DNA from: Mobula hypostoma
Taxonomy: Eukaryota
Assembly (NCBI RefSeq): GCF_963921235.1
Contig: NC_086097.1
Coordinates: 153,824,001-153,888,000, forward strand
Direction: 5' to 3'
DNA: 64,000 bases
Shown: piece after piece, positions 48,975-62,900 of the stretch
How positions within the stretch are numbered: position 1 is the first letter of the stretch
How the letters are laid out: every line of letters begins with the position of its first letter
Made by a program: the position numbers and the translations under genes
The notes under the pieces: generated by a model
The model's database searches: none
The model's input: the letters and a program-made list of their open reading frames with translations, nothing else
Told to the model about the DNA's origin: nothing

Positions 48975-50322
48975 CCATAAGACCATAAAGACACAGGAGC
49001 AGAATTAGGCCATTCAGCCCATTGTGTCTATCTGCCATTCCATCATGGCTGATCCCAGATCCCACTCAACCCCATATGCCTTCTCACCGATATCCTTTGA
49101 TGCACTGACCAATCAGGAAACAATCAATTTCCACCTTAAGTATACGCACGGACTTGGTCTCCAGTGCACTCACTGGCAGAGCATTCCACAGATTTACTAC
49201 TCTCTGGCTAAAAAAAATTACTCCTTACCTCTGTTCAAAAGAGTCGCCCCTCAATTTTGAGTCTGTGCCCTCTAGTTCTGGATAAACATGCTCTCCACTT
49301 CCACCCTATCCAGTCCTTTCAACATTTGGTAGGTTTCAATGAGATCCCCCGCACCCCCCCCCCCCGTGTTCTTCTAAATTCTTGTGAGTGCAGGCCCCAA
49401 AGCTGCCAAACACTCCTGCTATGTTACCCCTGCATTCCTGGAATCATCTTCATAAACCTTCTCTAGACTTTCTCCAATGGCAACAGATCCTTTCTGAGAT
49501 ATGGACCACAAAGCTGTTGACAAGTGCCTGACTGGTGTCTTATAAAGGCTCAGCAATATCTCCTTGTTTTTATATTCTATTCCCCTTGAAATAAATGCCA
49601 ACATTGTATTTCCCTTCTTTACCACAGACTCAGCCTTTAAATTCACCTTCTGGGAGTCTTGCACGAGGATTCTTAAGTCCCACAGCACCTCTGATGTTTG
49701 AGCCTTCTCCCAATTCCGCAATGTTGTTCCTTTTACCAAAATGCATTATCATACATTTCACAACACTATATTCCATCTGCCATGTTTTTGCCTGTTCTTC
49801 CAATTTTTCTAAGCTCTGCTGCAATCGCATTGCTTCCTCGGCACTACCTACTCCTCCACCTATCATGGTATCATCTACAAACTTTGCCAAAAAGCCATCA
49901 AATCCTTTATCTAAATCATGCATAAATAATGTGAAAAGTCGCGGTCCTAATACTAACCCCTGAGGAAGACCTTAGGCAGCCAACCAGAAAAGGACCCTTT
50001 TAGTTCCACATGTTGCCTCCTGCCTATCAGTCATTCTGCTATCTTTGCCTCTATCTTTCCTGTAACGCCATCGGATTTTGTCTTGTTACTGAAAATCCAA
50101 GTAGATGACATCCACTGCCTCTCTTTTGTTCATCCTGCTTCCTCGGACTGATTTGTCAGGCAAAATTTCCCTTTGCAGAAACAATGCTGACTTTGACTGA
50201 TTTTATCATTAGTCCCCAAGTACCTTGAAACCTCATCCTTAATAATAGACTCCAACACTTTCCCAACCACTGAAGTTAGGTTAACTGGCCTATAATTTCC
50301 TTTCTTTTGCCTTCCTCTCTTC
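48975..50322 (-). mobile_element. Decayed CR1 LINE
   Basis: GNYRPVNLTSVVGK, KFVDDT; CCATAAGACCATAAGA tail; several deletions. Confidence 0.9.
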
Positions 50323-51499
50323 AGAGTCATCAGATTGAAGTTAAAATATGAAATGCAGTTATATTTTTAACTGCAATTGACCTATTCTATGATGTACAAA
50401 CAGAAGATTTTTTATGCATTTCTGATATCTTCTATCCTTAATAAAAATTTTAAGAATCACCTTACTGTCCCTTTATAGTATATTTCCATGGAAAAGAACA
50501 CCTGAATTGCAAACTGAGGATAGATTTGTGGGCTCAAACACCATGATTTTTAAAAGAACTAAAAGCTTAAAGTGTTCTGTGGACTTTAAGACAATATTCG
50601 CACGAAAAAACATCAAGCATAATGTCAATGAGTAATGAGAAACAGTAGAGATTGTTTCATAATCTCCGATAAATAATAAAATCATTAATGTTTTTGACGT
50701 TGTCCATGATACAATTCAATGTGTACTTGTTTTTTATAAAGAAAACATATATTCTAAAAGTTCCAATGCAAGAGTAACTGCATAAATATAATTCACAGAA
50801 GCAGTAACGTCCTCCTGGTGCTAAACACTTAACATTTTAAATCCAAAGTGTACTTATTTTATATTCTTTTGATTAAGGTACACATCATGTGATGCATTTC
50901 AGATTTCTGTAAAGGTTTCTGGATGTAGCATCCGTTTGATACAGATAAGGAAATATCACACCAGTTAGTGGAAGTACTGGTGATGCAAAGGATGAGGCTG
51001 ATCAATAATAAACTAAATTGCGAGGGATATAATTTTGTTTTGTATGGGTGGTGTAGATTCAGTGGAGGATGCAAAGGCATATGAAACAAAATCAAAATTC
51101 CTGCTAAAAGATTAAAGAAAAATAATATTGTTAAAAGGATTTTGAACAATAAGAGGTATGTTGTGTAGTGATACTTTCGTTGGCTTGATATTGCATCATT
51201 TTGACAATCTCGTAGTGACTCTATATGACTCCCTGACTCTATAACCCCTCTTCAAAAGGCTGTAAAATTAAAAAGAAGAATATGGTCGCTTTGGAGAACT
51301 GAGATTAATCAGATCAACAACTGTTTCCATTACCTTTAATCCCAACTCTTCACCTTTCTTTTGTTTTAATATGGACTTCGCTGTCAAATGCAATAAATTC
51401 AGTTTCATCTCTAGCACTGCCAGATCATCTGCTCATTATAAAACAAATCATGCCAGTTTGAAAGTCAAACAACGGCATGAAATGATACAACATGTAAAC

Positions 51500-51770
51500 T
51501 GCATATTGGCCCATTGAGTCCATTCTTACCACCTGAGCAATCCTAATTTATCATCCCCGAACTCCCATCAGCTACTCTACCTGAGATTTTATGGCTCACC
51601 TACACTCCAGGGCAATTTTCAATGGGCATTACTCCTTCACAACTTTGGGATGCGGAGCAAACTAGCCCCTGGAGGAAACTCAGACATTCACAGGGAGAAC
51701 TTGCAAACTCCACCCAGACCTCACCAGAGGTCAACCTTGCAGTACAACAGTTCTTTTAGCTGTGCCAGTG
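51500..51770 (-). mobile_element. V-domain SINE remnant
   Basis: TTTGGGATGCGGAGCAAACTAGCCCCTGGAGGAAAC..GGGAGAACTTGCAAACTCCAC core. Confidence 0.6.
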
Positions 51771-51820
51771 TTCTACCCAAATTATATAATGAATCTGTAA
51801 TTTTCTATCAAGGACTTTTG

Positions 51821-54755
51821 TCAGAATCAGAATCAGGTTTAGAAACATAGAAACATAGAAAATACGTGCAGGAGTAGGCCATTTGGCCCTTCGAGCCTGC
51901 ACCGCCATTCAGTATGATCATGGCTGATCATCCAACTCAGAACCCTGTACCAGCCTTCCCCCCATACCCTTGATCCCTTTAGCCACAAGGGCCATATCTA
52001 ACTCCCTCTTAAATATAGCCAATGAACTGGCCTCAACTGTTTCCTGTGGCAGAGAATTCCACAGACTCACCACTCTCTGTGTGAAGAAATTTTTCCTAAT
52101 CTCAGTCCTAAAAGTCTTCTTCTTTATCCTCAAACTGTGACCCCTCGTTCTGGACTTCCCCAACATCGGGAACAATCTTCCTGCATCTAGCCTGTCCAAT
52201 TCCTTTAGGATTTTATATGTTTCAATAAGATATCCCCTCAATCTTCCAAATTCCAACCAGTATAAGCCTAGTCGATCCAGTCTTTCGTCATATGGAAGTC
52301 CTACCATCCCAGGAATCAATCTGGTGAACCTTCTTTGTACTCCCTCTATGGCAAGGATGTCTTTCCTCAGATTAGGGGACCAAAACTGCACACAATACTC
52401 CAGGTGTGGTCTCACCAAGGCCTTGTACAACTGCAGTAGTACCTCCCTGCTCATGCTGGTTTATTACCAGCATGTGACGTGAAATTTTTTAACAGCAGCA
52501 GCAGTTCAATGCAATACATAATCTAGCAAAGAGAATAATAATAACAATAATAATAAATAAAACAAAACAAAATAATAATAAATAAACAAGTGAATCAATT
52601 ATGCATATTGAATAGATTTAAAAACGTGCAAAAATACTGTATATTATTGTATACAGTAATTTTTTAAAATAGTGAGGTAGTGTCCAAAGTTTTAATGTCC
52701 ATTTAGGAATCAGATGGCAGAGGGGAAGAAGCTGTTCCTGAATCACTTAGTGTGTGCCTTCAGGCTTCTGTACCTCCTACCTGATGGTCACAGTGAGAAA
52801 AGGGCATGCCCTGGGTGCTGTAAGTCGTTAATCATGGACGCTACTTTTTTGAGACACCGCTCCCTAAAGATGTCCTGGGTACTTTGTAGGCTAGTGCCCA
52901 AGATGGAGCTGACTAGATTTATAACCTTCTGCAGCTTCTTTCAGTCCTGTGCAGTAGCCCCTCCATACCAGACAGTGATGCAACCTGTCAGAATGCTCTC
53001 CACAGTACAACTATAGAAATTTTTGAGTGTATTTGTTGACATGCCAAATCTCTTCAAACTCCTAATAAAGTATAACCACTGCCTTACCTTCTTTATAACT
53101 ACATCGATATGTTGGGACCAGGTTAGATCCTCAAAGATCTTGACACCCAGGAACTTGAAGCTGCTCACTCTCTCCACTTCTGATCCATTTATGAGGATTG
53201 GTATGTGTTCCTTCATTTTACCCTTCCTGAAGTCCACAATCAGCTCTTTCATTTTACTGATGTTGAGTGCCAGGTTGTTGCTACGGTAACGTTCCATTAG
53301 TTGGCATATCTCACTCCTGTATGCCATCTCTTCACCACCTGAGATTCTATCAACAATGGTTGTATCATCAGCAAATAAAAAGATGGTATTTGAGCTGTGC
53401 CTCGCCAAATAGTCATGTGTATATAGGGAGTACAGCAGTGCGCTAGGCACACATCCCTGAGGTGCGCCAGTGTTGATCATCAGCGAGGAGGATATGTTAT
53501 CACAAATCCACATGGACTGTGGTCTTCTGGTTAGGAAGTTGAGGATCCAATTGCAGAGGGAGGTACAGAGGCCCAGGTTCTGCAATTTCTCAATCAGGAT
53601 TGTGGGAATGATGGTATTAAATGCTGAGCTATAGTCGATGAACAGCATCCTGATGTAGGTGTTTGTGTTGTCCAGGTGGTCTAAAGCCGTGTGGAGAGCC
53701 ATTGAGATTGCGTCTGCTGTTTACCTATTGTGGTGATAGGCAAATTGCAATGGGTCCAGGTCCTTGCTGAGGCAGTTCAGTCTATTCATGACCAACCTCT
53801 CAAAGCATTTCATCACTGTCAATGTGAGTGCTACCAGACGATAGTCATTAAGGCAGCCCGCATTATTCTTCTTAGGCAGTGGTATAATTGTTGCCTTTTT
53901 GAGGCAAGTGGGAACTTCCATCCATAGCAATAAGAGGTTGAAAGTGTCCTTGAATACTCCCGCTAATTGGCTGGCACAGGTTTTCAGAGTGGTACTCCAT
54001 CGGGACCTTCTGCCTTGCGAGGGTTCACTCTCTTTAAGGACAGTCTAACATCGGCCTCTGAGATGGAGATCACAGGGTCATCAGGTGCAGTAGGGATCTT
54101 CACAGCTGTAGTTGCGTTCTCCCTTTCAAAGCGTGCATAGAAGGCATTGAGTTCATCTGGTAGTGAAGCATCGCTGCCGTTCATACTATTGGGTTTCGCT
54201 TTGTAGGAAGTAATGTCTTGCAGACCCTGCCAGAGTTGCCACGCATCTGATGTCGCCTCCAACCTCATTTGAAATTGTCTCTTCACCCTTGAAGTAGCCC
54301 CATGCAGATCATACCTGGTTTTCTGGTACAGATCTGGGTCGCCAGACTTGAATGCCACAGATCTAGCCTTCAGCAGATGACGTACCTCCTGGTTCATCCA
54401 CGGCTTTTGGTTTGGGAATGTACAGTAAGACTTTGTAGGCAGGTATTAATGAAGTCAGTAACAACTGCAGCACACTCATCCAGAATCAAAGATGAATCCC
54501 TGAGTACGGTCCAGTCCACCAGTTCAAAGCAGTCCTGTAGGCACTCCTGTGCTTCCCTTGTCCATATCTTCCTGGTCCTCACTGCTGGTGCGGCAGTCTT
54601 CAGTCTCTGCCTATACTTGGGGAGTAGAAGTACAGCCAGGTGATCAGACTTCCCGAAGTGAGGGTGTGGAATAACACGGTAGGCATTCTTGATGGTGGTG
54701 TAGCAATGGTCCAGTGTGTTGCTTCCTCTGGTATTGCAAGTGATCTGTTGTTGTG
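51821..54755 (-). mobile_element. 5'-truncated Rex1/Babar LINE (APE C-terminus + RT), tail interrupted by CR1
   Basis: [54 protein letters not shown]; (TTCTGA)n tail at 51821-51835. Confidence 0.93.
51842..52457 (-). mobile_element. Short CR1 insertion
   Basis: ORF 51918-52454 (LVRPHLEYCVQFWSP); (TTTCTATG)n tail; TSD GGTTTA at 51836-51841 and 52458-52463. Confidence 0.93.
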
Positions 54756-54782
54756 ATCAGTTTTATCTACCAGTATTAATTA

Positions 54783-55330
54783 CACTCAGTGGCCACCTTA
54801 TTAAGTACAGGATTTCTGTATGTCCGTGGTCTTCTGCTGCTGTAGCCCATCCACTTCAAGGTTTGATGTGCTGTGCATGCAGAGATGCTCTTCTGCACAC
54901 CACTGTTGTAATGCGCGGTTAATTCAGTTACTGTCACCTTCCTATCAGCTTGAATGAGTCTGGCCATTCTCCACCTACTCGCTCATTAACAAGGTGTTTC
55001 CACCCACAGAACTGTCACTCACTGGATTTTTTTGTGTCACACGCCATTCTCTGTAAATTCTAGAGAGACTGTTGTGAGTGAAAATCCCAGGAGATCAGTA
55101 GTTTCTGAGATATGCAAACCACCCTGTTTAGCACCAACAAATATTCCATGGTCAAAGTCATTTAGCTAATATTTCTTCCCGATTTTGATATTTGGTCTGA
55201 ACAACAACTGAAAGTCTTGACCATGTTTGCATGCTTTTATGCATTGACTTGCTGCCACATGATTAGCTGATTAGACATTTGCATTGGCAAGCAGGTGTAC
55301 AGGTGTAACTAATAAAGTGGCCACTGAATG
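54783..55330 (-). mobile_element. Tc1/mariner deletion derivative
   Basis: TIR CACTCAGTGGCCACCTTATTA / TAATAAAGTGGCCACTGAATG, TA on the left; ORF 54776-54967 (RLIQADRKVTVTELTAHYN..MGYSSRRP) resembles the Tc1 HTH region. Confidence 0.88.
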
Positions 55331-55870
55331 TGTGCTAAAATATTTCTCCTTTAGCTGAGTCCCTCTTTATGTTAACTATAATTTCAATGCTTTAACGTGT
55401 CTGAAATCCCAAAACTCCATTTAGGTCATGCACTTTCTGACACTTAGGTGAGATGCCTTTGTGAATTGAGTACTTTTATCTTCTCTTAATCTGCAGTGAC
55501 TTTTGAGTTGTTACTTCGCAATTGCTTTGCATTAATTTGTGGAAAGAGAAGAAAATTTCACACCCTGGGTAACACTAGTGAACCGCTGACTAGGAAATTA
55601 GCATTTTAGTTGATAGAAGTGGTGAAAAATTAAGATTATCAGAAAATGATTGTGCCAGGTAGAGTTGATTTCTAAACATGAAATGTGAAAGTAACGGCCC
55701 AAAAATTGTCCTTATCCTACTGATGTTCTCTTATCAAAAAGACACAGGGCAGGAAGGGTTGTTACAGGTAGGGAAATTCAATACTAATATTCTGACATAT
55801 AATATCACCTTTAATAAATTTCATAGTGAATTCAGGAGAAGCTTCTTCACAAACTATTGATGTATTAGTA

Positions 55871-56039
55871 CAGTGGTCCCCAACCTCCGGGCCGCGGACC
55901 TGGGCTGACATTTACGTGCCAGGCGGCACCTAATTAATTAGCTTGTTTATTTCGGTTTTTTTCTTAAAGATGTGCTGGGTGCATTCCAGCTACCGCTGCA
56001 CCGCTGCATTCTTCGTGGCCCGGAGGCTGGGGACCACTG
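55871..56039. mobile_element. 169-bp hAT-type MITE
   Basis: TIR CAGTGGTCCCCAACCTCCGGGCC / GGCCCGGAGGCTGGGGACCACTG; perfect 8-bp TSD TATTAGTA (55863-55870, 56040-56047). Confidence 0.92.
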
Positions 56040-56502
56040 TATTAGTACAACAATAGAACATGGGAGTTGTATCAGGTACACCCTAGAAATTGATGCTTGA
56101 ATATTTTGTCAGGGTCTTTCTTAAGACTCTTCTTGAGGCTAGATTTCAATTTGTAAGCTTGTTTAAAATTAGTAAAATAAACAAACAGCTGTAATTGATT
56201 TTTTTTTAACTGTCAACACTGGAAAACTGAAATAATAACAGAAATGCTGAAAAATTCAGCATCAGACATTTCTGGAACAGTTAAGAGTATCTCACACAGA
56301 GCTGCAGTCCTGCTGTACCTGCTCAAATCACTTATTTTAGTCAGTGTAATTTATCTTTGGTGCATAATACAAACTCATAGCAAAATGACTCTGAGAGGAT
56401 TTGGAATTTTGAACTGACATAGTTCATCTAGTCATTGAGAGAGATGGATCTGGCATTTTGTATTATTAACTAGCATCAGGCTATTTTACATTAACGGGTT
56501 GT

Positions 56503-57160
56503 GTTCAAAGTAAATTTATTATCATAGTGCATATATGTCACTATACGCTACCTTGAGATTCATTTCCTTGCCCGCATTTACAGGAAAATAAATAAATACA
56601 ATAGAATCTATGAAAACCATGCACAAACAAAGACCGACAAGCAGCTAATGAAAAATAGAAGACAATATGTGCAAATTAAAAAGTAAATAAATACAGTAAT
56701 ACTGAGAATATGCATTGAAGAGAGTCACCGAAATTGAGCCTGTAGGTCGTAGACTCAATTCAGAGTTGTGGTGAGTATAGTTATCCATGACAGTTCTGTA
56801 GCCTTATGGTTGTGGGGTGATGACTGTTCCTGAACATGGAGGTGTGATGCCTAAGCCTTCTTAACCTCCTGCCCAATGGAAGCAGTAAGAAGAGAGCATG
56901 GCCTGGATGGTGGGCATCTTTGATGATAGATGCTGCTTTCTTGAGGCAGGACTCCATCAGCAAACTGAGTACAGCATTGGAGCTGTACTTAGCCACACCT
57001 TCAGAGGTATAAAGTGACTAAAGCAGGGGGCTAAGCACACAGCATTGTGGTGCATATGTGCTGATGGTGAGTGTGGAGGAGGTACTGCTGCCAATCCATA
57101 CAAACTTGGCTCTGCCAGTGAGACAGTTGAGGATCTAGTTGTACAGAGAGGTATCGCAAC
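56503..57160 (-). mobile_element. Decayed Rex1/Babar 3' fragment
   Basis: CLKKAASIIKDAHHPGHALFLLLPLGRR; tail GATAATAAATTTACTTTGAAC. Confidence 0.82.
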
Positions 57161-57304
57161 CCTTTTCACTTTTGTCACTGTGTAAAGATAAAAAATATGA
57201 AGATAATATATTTATTTATTACCAACATAAGTTAATTGCTTATCATTTACAATTTATGTCTCAATAAATCCTTGGTATAATAATAATCTTCTCTCAAAAT
57301 GTTT

Positions 57305-59082
57305 GAGAATAGGACCAACCAGAAGCGATAGTGGAAACATGTGCATGAAGCTGGAGGAGGTAGTGCAGGTACTTAATGAATACTTTGCTTCAGTATTCAC
57401 CAGTGAAAAGGACCTTGGCAATTGTGGGGATGACTTACAGCGGACTGAAATGCTTGAGCATATAGACGTTAAGAAAGGGGATGTGCTGAAGCTTTTGAAA
57501 GGTATTAGGCTAGATAAGTCACCGGGACCGCATTAGATATACCCCAGGGAAGTGAGGGAGGAGATTTCTGAGCCTCTGGAAATGATCTTTGCATCATCAA
57601 CAGGGACAGGAGAAGTACCGGAGGATTGTATGGTTGCAAATGTTCATTTGTTCAAGAAAGGGAGTAGAGATAACACGTTGGAGAAGATCCTGAGAGGCAG
57701 GATTTATGAGCATTTGGTGAGACATAATCTGATTCAGGATAGTCAGCGTGGCTTTGTCAAGGGCAAGTCATGCCTTACGAACATGACTGAATTCATAGTC
57801 ATAGTCATAGTCATAGTCATACTTTATTGATCCCAGGGGAAATTGGTTAAGTTTCTTTCAGGATGTAACAAAACACATTCATATATGTAGAGCAGTGGAT
57901 GTATATATGGATTTCAGTAAAGCATTTGATAAGGTTCCCCATACAAAGCTCATTCAGAAAGTATGAGGCATGGGATCCAAGGAGACCTTGCTTTGTGGAT
58001 CCAGAATTGGCTTGCCCATCGAAGGCAAAGGATAGTTGTAGATGGTTCGCATTCTGCATGGGGACCAGTGGTGTCTGCAGGGATCTGTTCTGGGACTCCT
58101 CTTTGAGATTTTTATAAATGACCTGGATGAGGAAGTAGAAGGGTGGGTTAGTAAGTTTGCTGATGACACAAAAATTGAGGGTGTTGTAGGTAGTCTGGAG
58201 GGTTGTCAGAGGTTACAGTGGGACATCGATAAGGTGCAGAACTGGGCTGAGAAGTGGCAGATGGCATTCAACCCAGATAAGTTTGAAATGGTGTATTTTG
58301 GTAGGTCAAATTTAAAGACAGAATATAATATTAATGGTAAGACTCCTGGCAGTGTGGAGGATCAGCAAAATCTTGGGGTCCATGTCCATAAGACACTCAA
58401 AGCTGCTGCGCAGGTTGACAGTGTTGTTAAGAAGACGTATGGTGTGTTGCCTTCATCAGCCATGGGACTGAGTTCAAGAACTGTGAGGTAATGTTGCACT
58501 TAAATAAGACCTTAGTTAAACCCTACTTGGAGTACTGTGTTCAGTTCTGGTCACCTCACTACAGGAAGGATGTGGGGATATGGATACTAAAGACAGTGTG
58601 TATAGAGGAGATTTACAAGGATGTTGCCTGGATTGAACAGCATGCTTTATGAGAATAGGTGGAGTGAACTCGGCCTTCTCTCCTTGGAGTGACAGAGGAT
58701 GAGAGGTGACCTGATAGAGGTGTATAAGATGATGAGAAGTATTGATCATATAGATAGCCAGAGGCTTTTTCTCAGAGCTGGAATGGCTAACAAGAGGGGG
58801 CATAGTTTTAAGATGCTTGGAAGTAGGTACAAGGGGAATGTCAGAGGTAAGTTTTTCACACAGAGAGAGTGGGTGCCTGGAATGCACTGCTAGCAAAGGT
58901 GGTAGAAGCGGATAAAATAGGGTCTTTTAAGAGACTCTTAGAAAGGTACATGGAGCTTAGTAAAATAGAGGGCTATACAGTAGGGAAATTCTAGACAGTT
59001 TTCAGAGTAGGTTACATGGTCAACACAATATTGTGGGCTGAAGGGCCTGTAATGTGCTGTAGATTTCTATGTTGTATGTTCT
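57305..59082 (+). mobile_element. Decayed CR1 LINE
   Basis: LNEYFASVFT, DKSPGP, QRGFVKGKSCLTN, KFADDTK; TTCTATGTTGTATGTTCT tail. Confidence 0.92.
57795..57850 (-). repeat. ~55-bp non-LTR 3' tail with (GACTAT)n inserted in CR1
   Basis: (ATAGTC)4 followed by ATACTTTATTGATCCCAGGGGAAATT interrupts the CR1 frame at TEF. Confidence 0.7.
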
Positions 59083-61249
59083 AAAATGTGTTTGTGTTTA
59101 AAAAAAACAAAAAGCTTATCTGAAAAATTATTAAATGAAAATGAAAATGGATTCCTTATTTCAGATAACTTATGTGAACAAATAATTAACATTTGCTGTG
59201 TCAGTCAAGTGATTATCATTGATTAAGATCAGATGCTATGATGTATAAAAACTAAGTAAGGTTAGTGTTCATTATTTAATCTTCATTCCATACATTTGCC
59301 TACAAACACAAAATATGATGTGGGGATAATCATTGAACAAACTTTCTAATTTTATATTTGCAGAGATTCCTTGTGAGAAGCACTCTGGGATGTACACATA
59401 AATGGCTATGCAACCTCCAACATGCATCACCATTTTCGGCTAAAATTAACTGTCTTTTGAAAGAAGGAAAGTCTTGCTGTGTGGTTCAAATCAATGTTTG
59501 ATTTAAATATCTTGCAGGATATTTCAGATTAGCCTTCAATGGATCACAAACAATGTCAATTTTTCTGTTTCCCATCTTAAACCTTTTATTTACTGTCATG
59601 CCCTGAACAAAATGGCTCCAGAACATTGCTTATAATTTAAATTGCTTTAGTTATCCATTATATTATGCTAATAACCTTGGGCCAGCCTTCACTAAGCTGT
59701 CACTGATTTGTGCTCAGGTCCACATGTTAAGGGTTGAGTGCTCTTTGTGGAACTTGCAGATGTGTCAGACCTCGCAATGTGTCATAACGATTTGGATAAT
59801 GGATAGTGATTGGTATGAAATTGCTTTAACCCACATGCTGTCATTGTATTATGCATGGTTAATCAAAAGCATATGACTGCCAGACAAGATGTAGCTCATG
59901 CCAAATAATCTATTAATTTAAACAGGACTGCAAACAAACTCCAATCCCTTATGAATAATGAGGAGACGTGAAGAGAGTGGATTATGTATGATAAGAAGTG
60001 TACATGCATTTTCAAAACCTGGAAAGGAAAAGAAAAAATAAATAAAACCAAGACTGTCACATAAGTATGATCACAGCAAGACTGACTTCATGCTAAGGCT
60101 GTGTGTGGATGACAAGCCAACTTATTTCAAATTCTCTTCCTTCTCCTCATTGTGCATAAATCTGTTAACCTATGCAAATCAACCTTCTGTCCTGTAAATA
60201 AGACACAGGCTATTCAGACTTATTATTGCTTTGATGTGAGGAGCAAATTAGTTATTGTTTATTGTCACTACTACAGAATGCTTCTGATGCATGCATAAGC
60301 AAGATTAATTTAAACTTTCATTTGCTGGGTTATTTTTACTTAGTAAAGCAGAGCATGAAGCCATTGACAAGATTTTTATTGGTTTTATGCATTCCATATG
60401 CTGATCAGTGATAGTTGTCAGCATGTTTGCATTTATTATTTGTGTGATAGTATTTGCACTTATATGTTTCACAGGAAATATGCTGATCTGGAAGGACAAG
60501 TGAGCAAGCTGGTAACTGACTGCTAAATTAGAGAGGAAGGTCCTGGCACTTTGGAAATAAACAGATTTACAGGCAATAGATGAAAAGGAGTAGGAGGAAG
60601 ACAGTCCAGCTTTAGTTGTACAAGCATCAAGGAACTGGATATAGAAAGCTGCACATTTGCTTTGGTGGAATTCTTGCAATATGTGCTGAAATATAATTGT
60701 GAACTCTCTAGCTGAGAATCTTGAGTTTATATTTTGTAGTTCTTTTTTATTCCTGTCTCAGATTTATCACATATGAGAACTGTATTTTTACAACTAAAAC
60801 TGAAATCTATACTGCACACTGCATCGATATTTCTGAACTTTGAATTCATTGAACCTTTTCTGATAACCTTGAATGGTTCAATGAGCCTTGTATTCCTGGT
60901 AACCCTATCCAGGTGTATGTAATGATTTTCAGATCAGAAATCAAAAAGATGTTGAAATCAGGACAGAGATGCTGTTGGAAAAATTCCCCAAAGTAGCAGA
61001 CTTGCAAGATTTCTTAGATTCTCAAATATTGAAAGGCATCAACTATAACATCACAATTCTAAAAATAATGTTTGGGGAATGACTATTAGCAACTTCAGAA
61101 TCAATTAGTCTGGCATGGGTTGTTGAGACAATGGGTTGTTGTTTAACTATTAACAAATTGACCTCAATGGCATTTAGACTATCATAACATGTATCAAAAA
61201 AATCTTATTTGACAAATTAAATTCATTTTTCAGAGTATAAGCAGCAACG

Positions 61250-61800
61250 TAAAGGGAAACCCACTGAACATGGATTATTAGATTTTGAGAAGATGTTCCA
61301 TGTCTCATAAAAGATCACTGCACACAATAGTGCTGATAGAATTGGAAATCATGTATTGCTATGGATAGAACATTAAGGTTAAGTTCTCCGCTTAATCAGA
61401 ATCAGGTTTAATATCACTGGGATATGTCATGTTGTGGTATGGCAGCAGTACATTGCAATACACAATAATAAAAACTCTAAAGTCAATTGTGAGGACACGC
61501 AGGAGGGACAATGTGATAAGGGCATCTTAATTAATTCAACAAGAAAATGACAGATAAAAAATATAAGAATACTGGCTTTGGAACTAAGTACAGGAAAATA
61601 TTGAGATGCTCTTGAATGCTGAGAGATAATTTGTAGGGCTTGGGTTACCAGAACAATTGGATAAGCCTGGACTGTTTTCTCTAGAGCAATGAAGCCTGAG
61701 AGGTGACATGACAGAGGTGCACATAATGATGAGCTGCCAGTGTCTATTTCCCATGGTAGGTGTATCTAAAACTAGAGGATAAATGTTTGGCAGGAGGTGG
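61250..61800 (+). mobile_element. Old CR1 fragments with a small Rex1 tail (~61395-61470, minus)
   Basis: Degenerate LDFEKMF and GLFSLEQ*SLRGDMTEV; TCAGAATCAGGTTTAAT tail as at 51821. Confidence 0.5.
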
Positions 61801-62544
61801 CTCCAGTGGTCAGTCTTCATACAATAGATCAACGTTAAAGGAAATTTCATAGCATCGTGTCAAAGTTATCTGTACCGCAAAGATAAACACCTGAAGAGAG
61901 GAGATCTAGATTTGCACTGAGTAATATAATTTTATAGCCTCCTTATTAAAATTATCTGTTACGGAAGTCTTTATGTCCCTTGTTGATATTACCTTATCCT
62001 CCTCTCACTCGGAGATGAGGCAGTAGATGTTGAGCTGGGAGGTGCCCCTCATAACCTTCCTTGTTCTTTTGTTCCTGCTCATCTTTAGGGTCTGCCTGAT
62101 GGCCCTCAAGCTCTGAGTTTTGTTCTTCTTCCAACAACAGAGGCTGCATCCTTCATGTGATGTGGCTGCAGGAGATGATGATGAAGAAACCACACATGCT
62201 CAGTTTCTGCTTAAGGTACCTCCCCAGTCTGATGGAGGCATTGACATCTCATCCGTAGGAAACTAATGGTGTTTTCCACTCTGGCATTATTTCCATACAA
62301 TGTAGGAGAAAGTCATTTAGATCACCAAGTCTATGACAGATCTTTTCACACTGATTTTTCCTAGAGCCTGTTCTCCCAACATTCCCAATAGCAATTCTAC
62401 ATTGGCCATTTTATTAATTAACTCACATGCTCTTGGCATTCATGAGGAAACCAGAGCATGCGTGCTTTTGTGGGTTGTGTCTTGTGTGGTATTTGTTCTA
62501 TCTACAGTATGTGCAGCTGATTGTAAAGTAAACAAAAGTTGTTC

Positions 62545-62900
62545 AGAAGTTCAATGCAAGATCTATTATCAAAGAACATATATGTCACCACATACAACCC
62601 TGAGATTCTTTTTCCGGCGGGCATACTTAGCAAATCTATAGAACAATAACTGTAAACAAGATCAACGAACAACAAACTGTACAAATGCAAATATAAACAA
62701 ATAGGAATAAATAACGAGGGCATGAAATAAAAAATAAAGGGTCCTTAAAGTGAGACTATTGGTTGTGGGAACACCAGAAGTAGATTGAGTGTAGTTATCC
62801 CTTTTTGTTCAAGAGCCTGGTGGTTGAGGGGTAGTAACTGTTCTGGAACCTGGTGGTGTGAGTCCTGAGGCACTCGTACCTTCTATCTTCTAGCAGCAGC
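62545..62900 (-). mobile_element. Rex1/Babar 3' fragment
   Basis: Matches 16393-16760 (TTATCCC..TTGTTCAAGAGCCTG..GAACCTGGTGGT). Confidence 0.85.

Noticed and set aside
62005..62260. GC-richer segment that looks coding
   Set aside because: No recognisable domain or splice pattern in any frame I checked; left unassigned.
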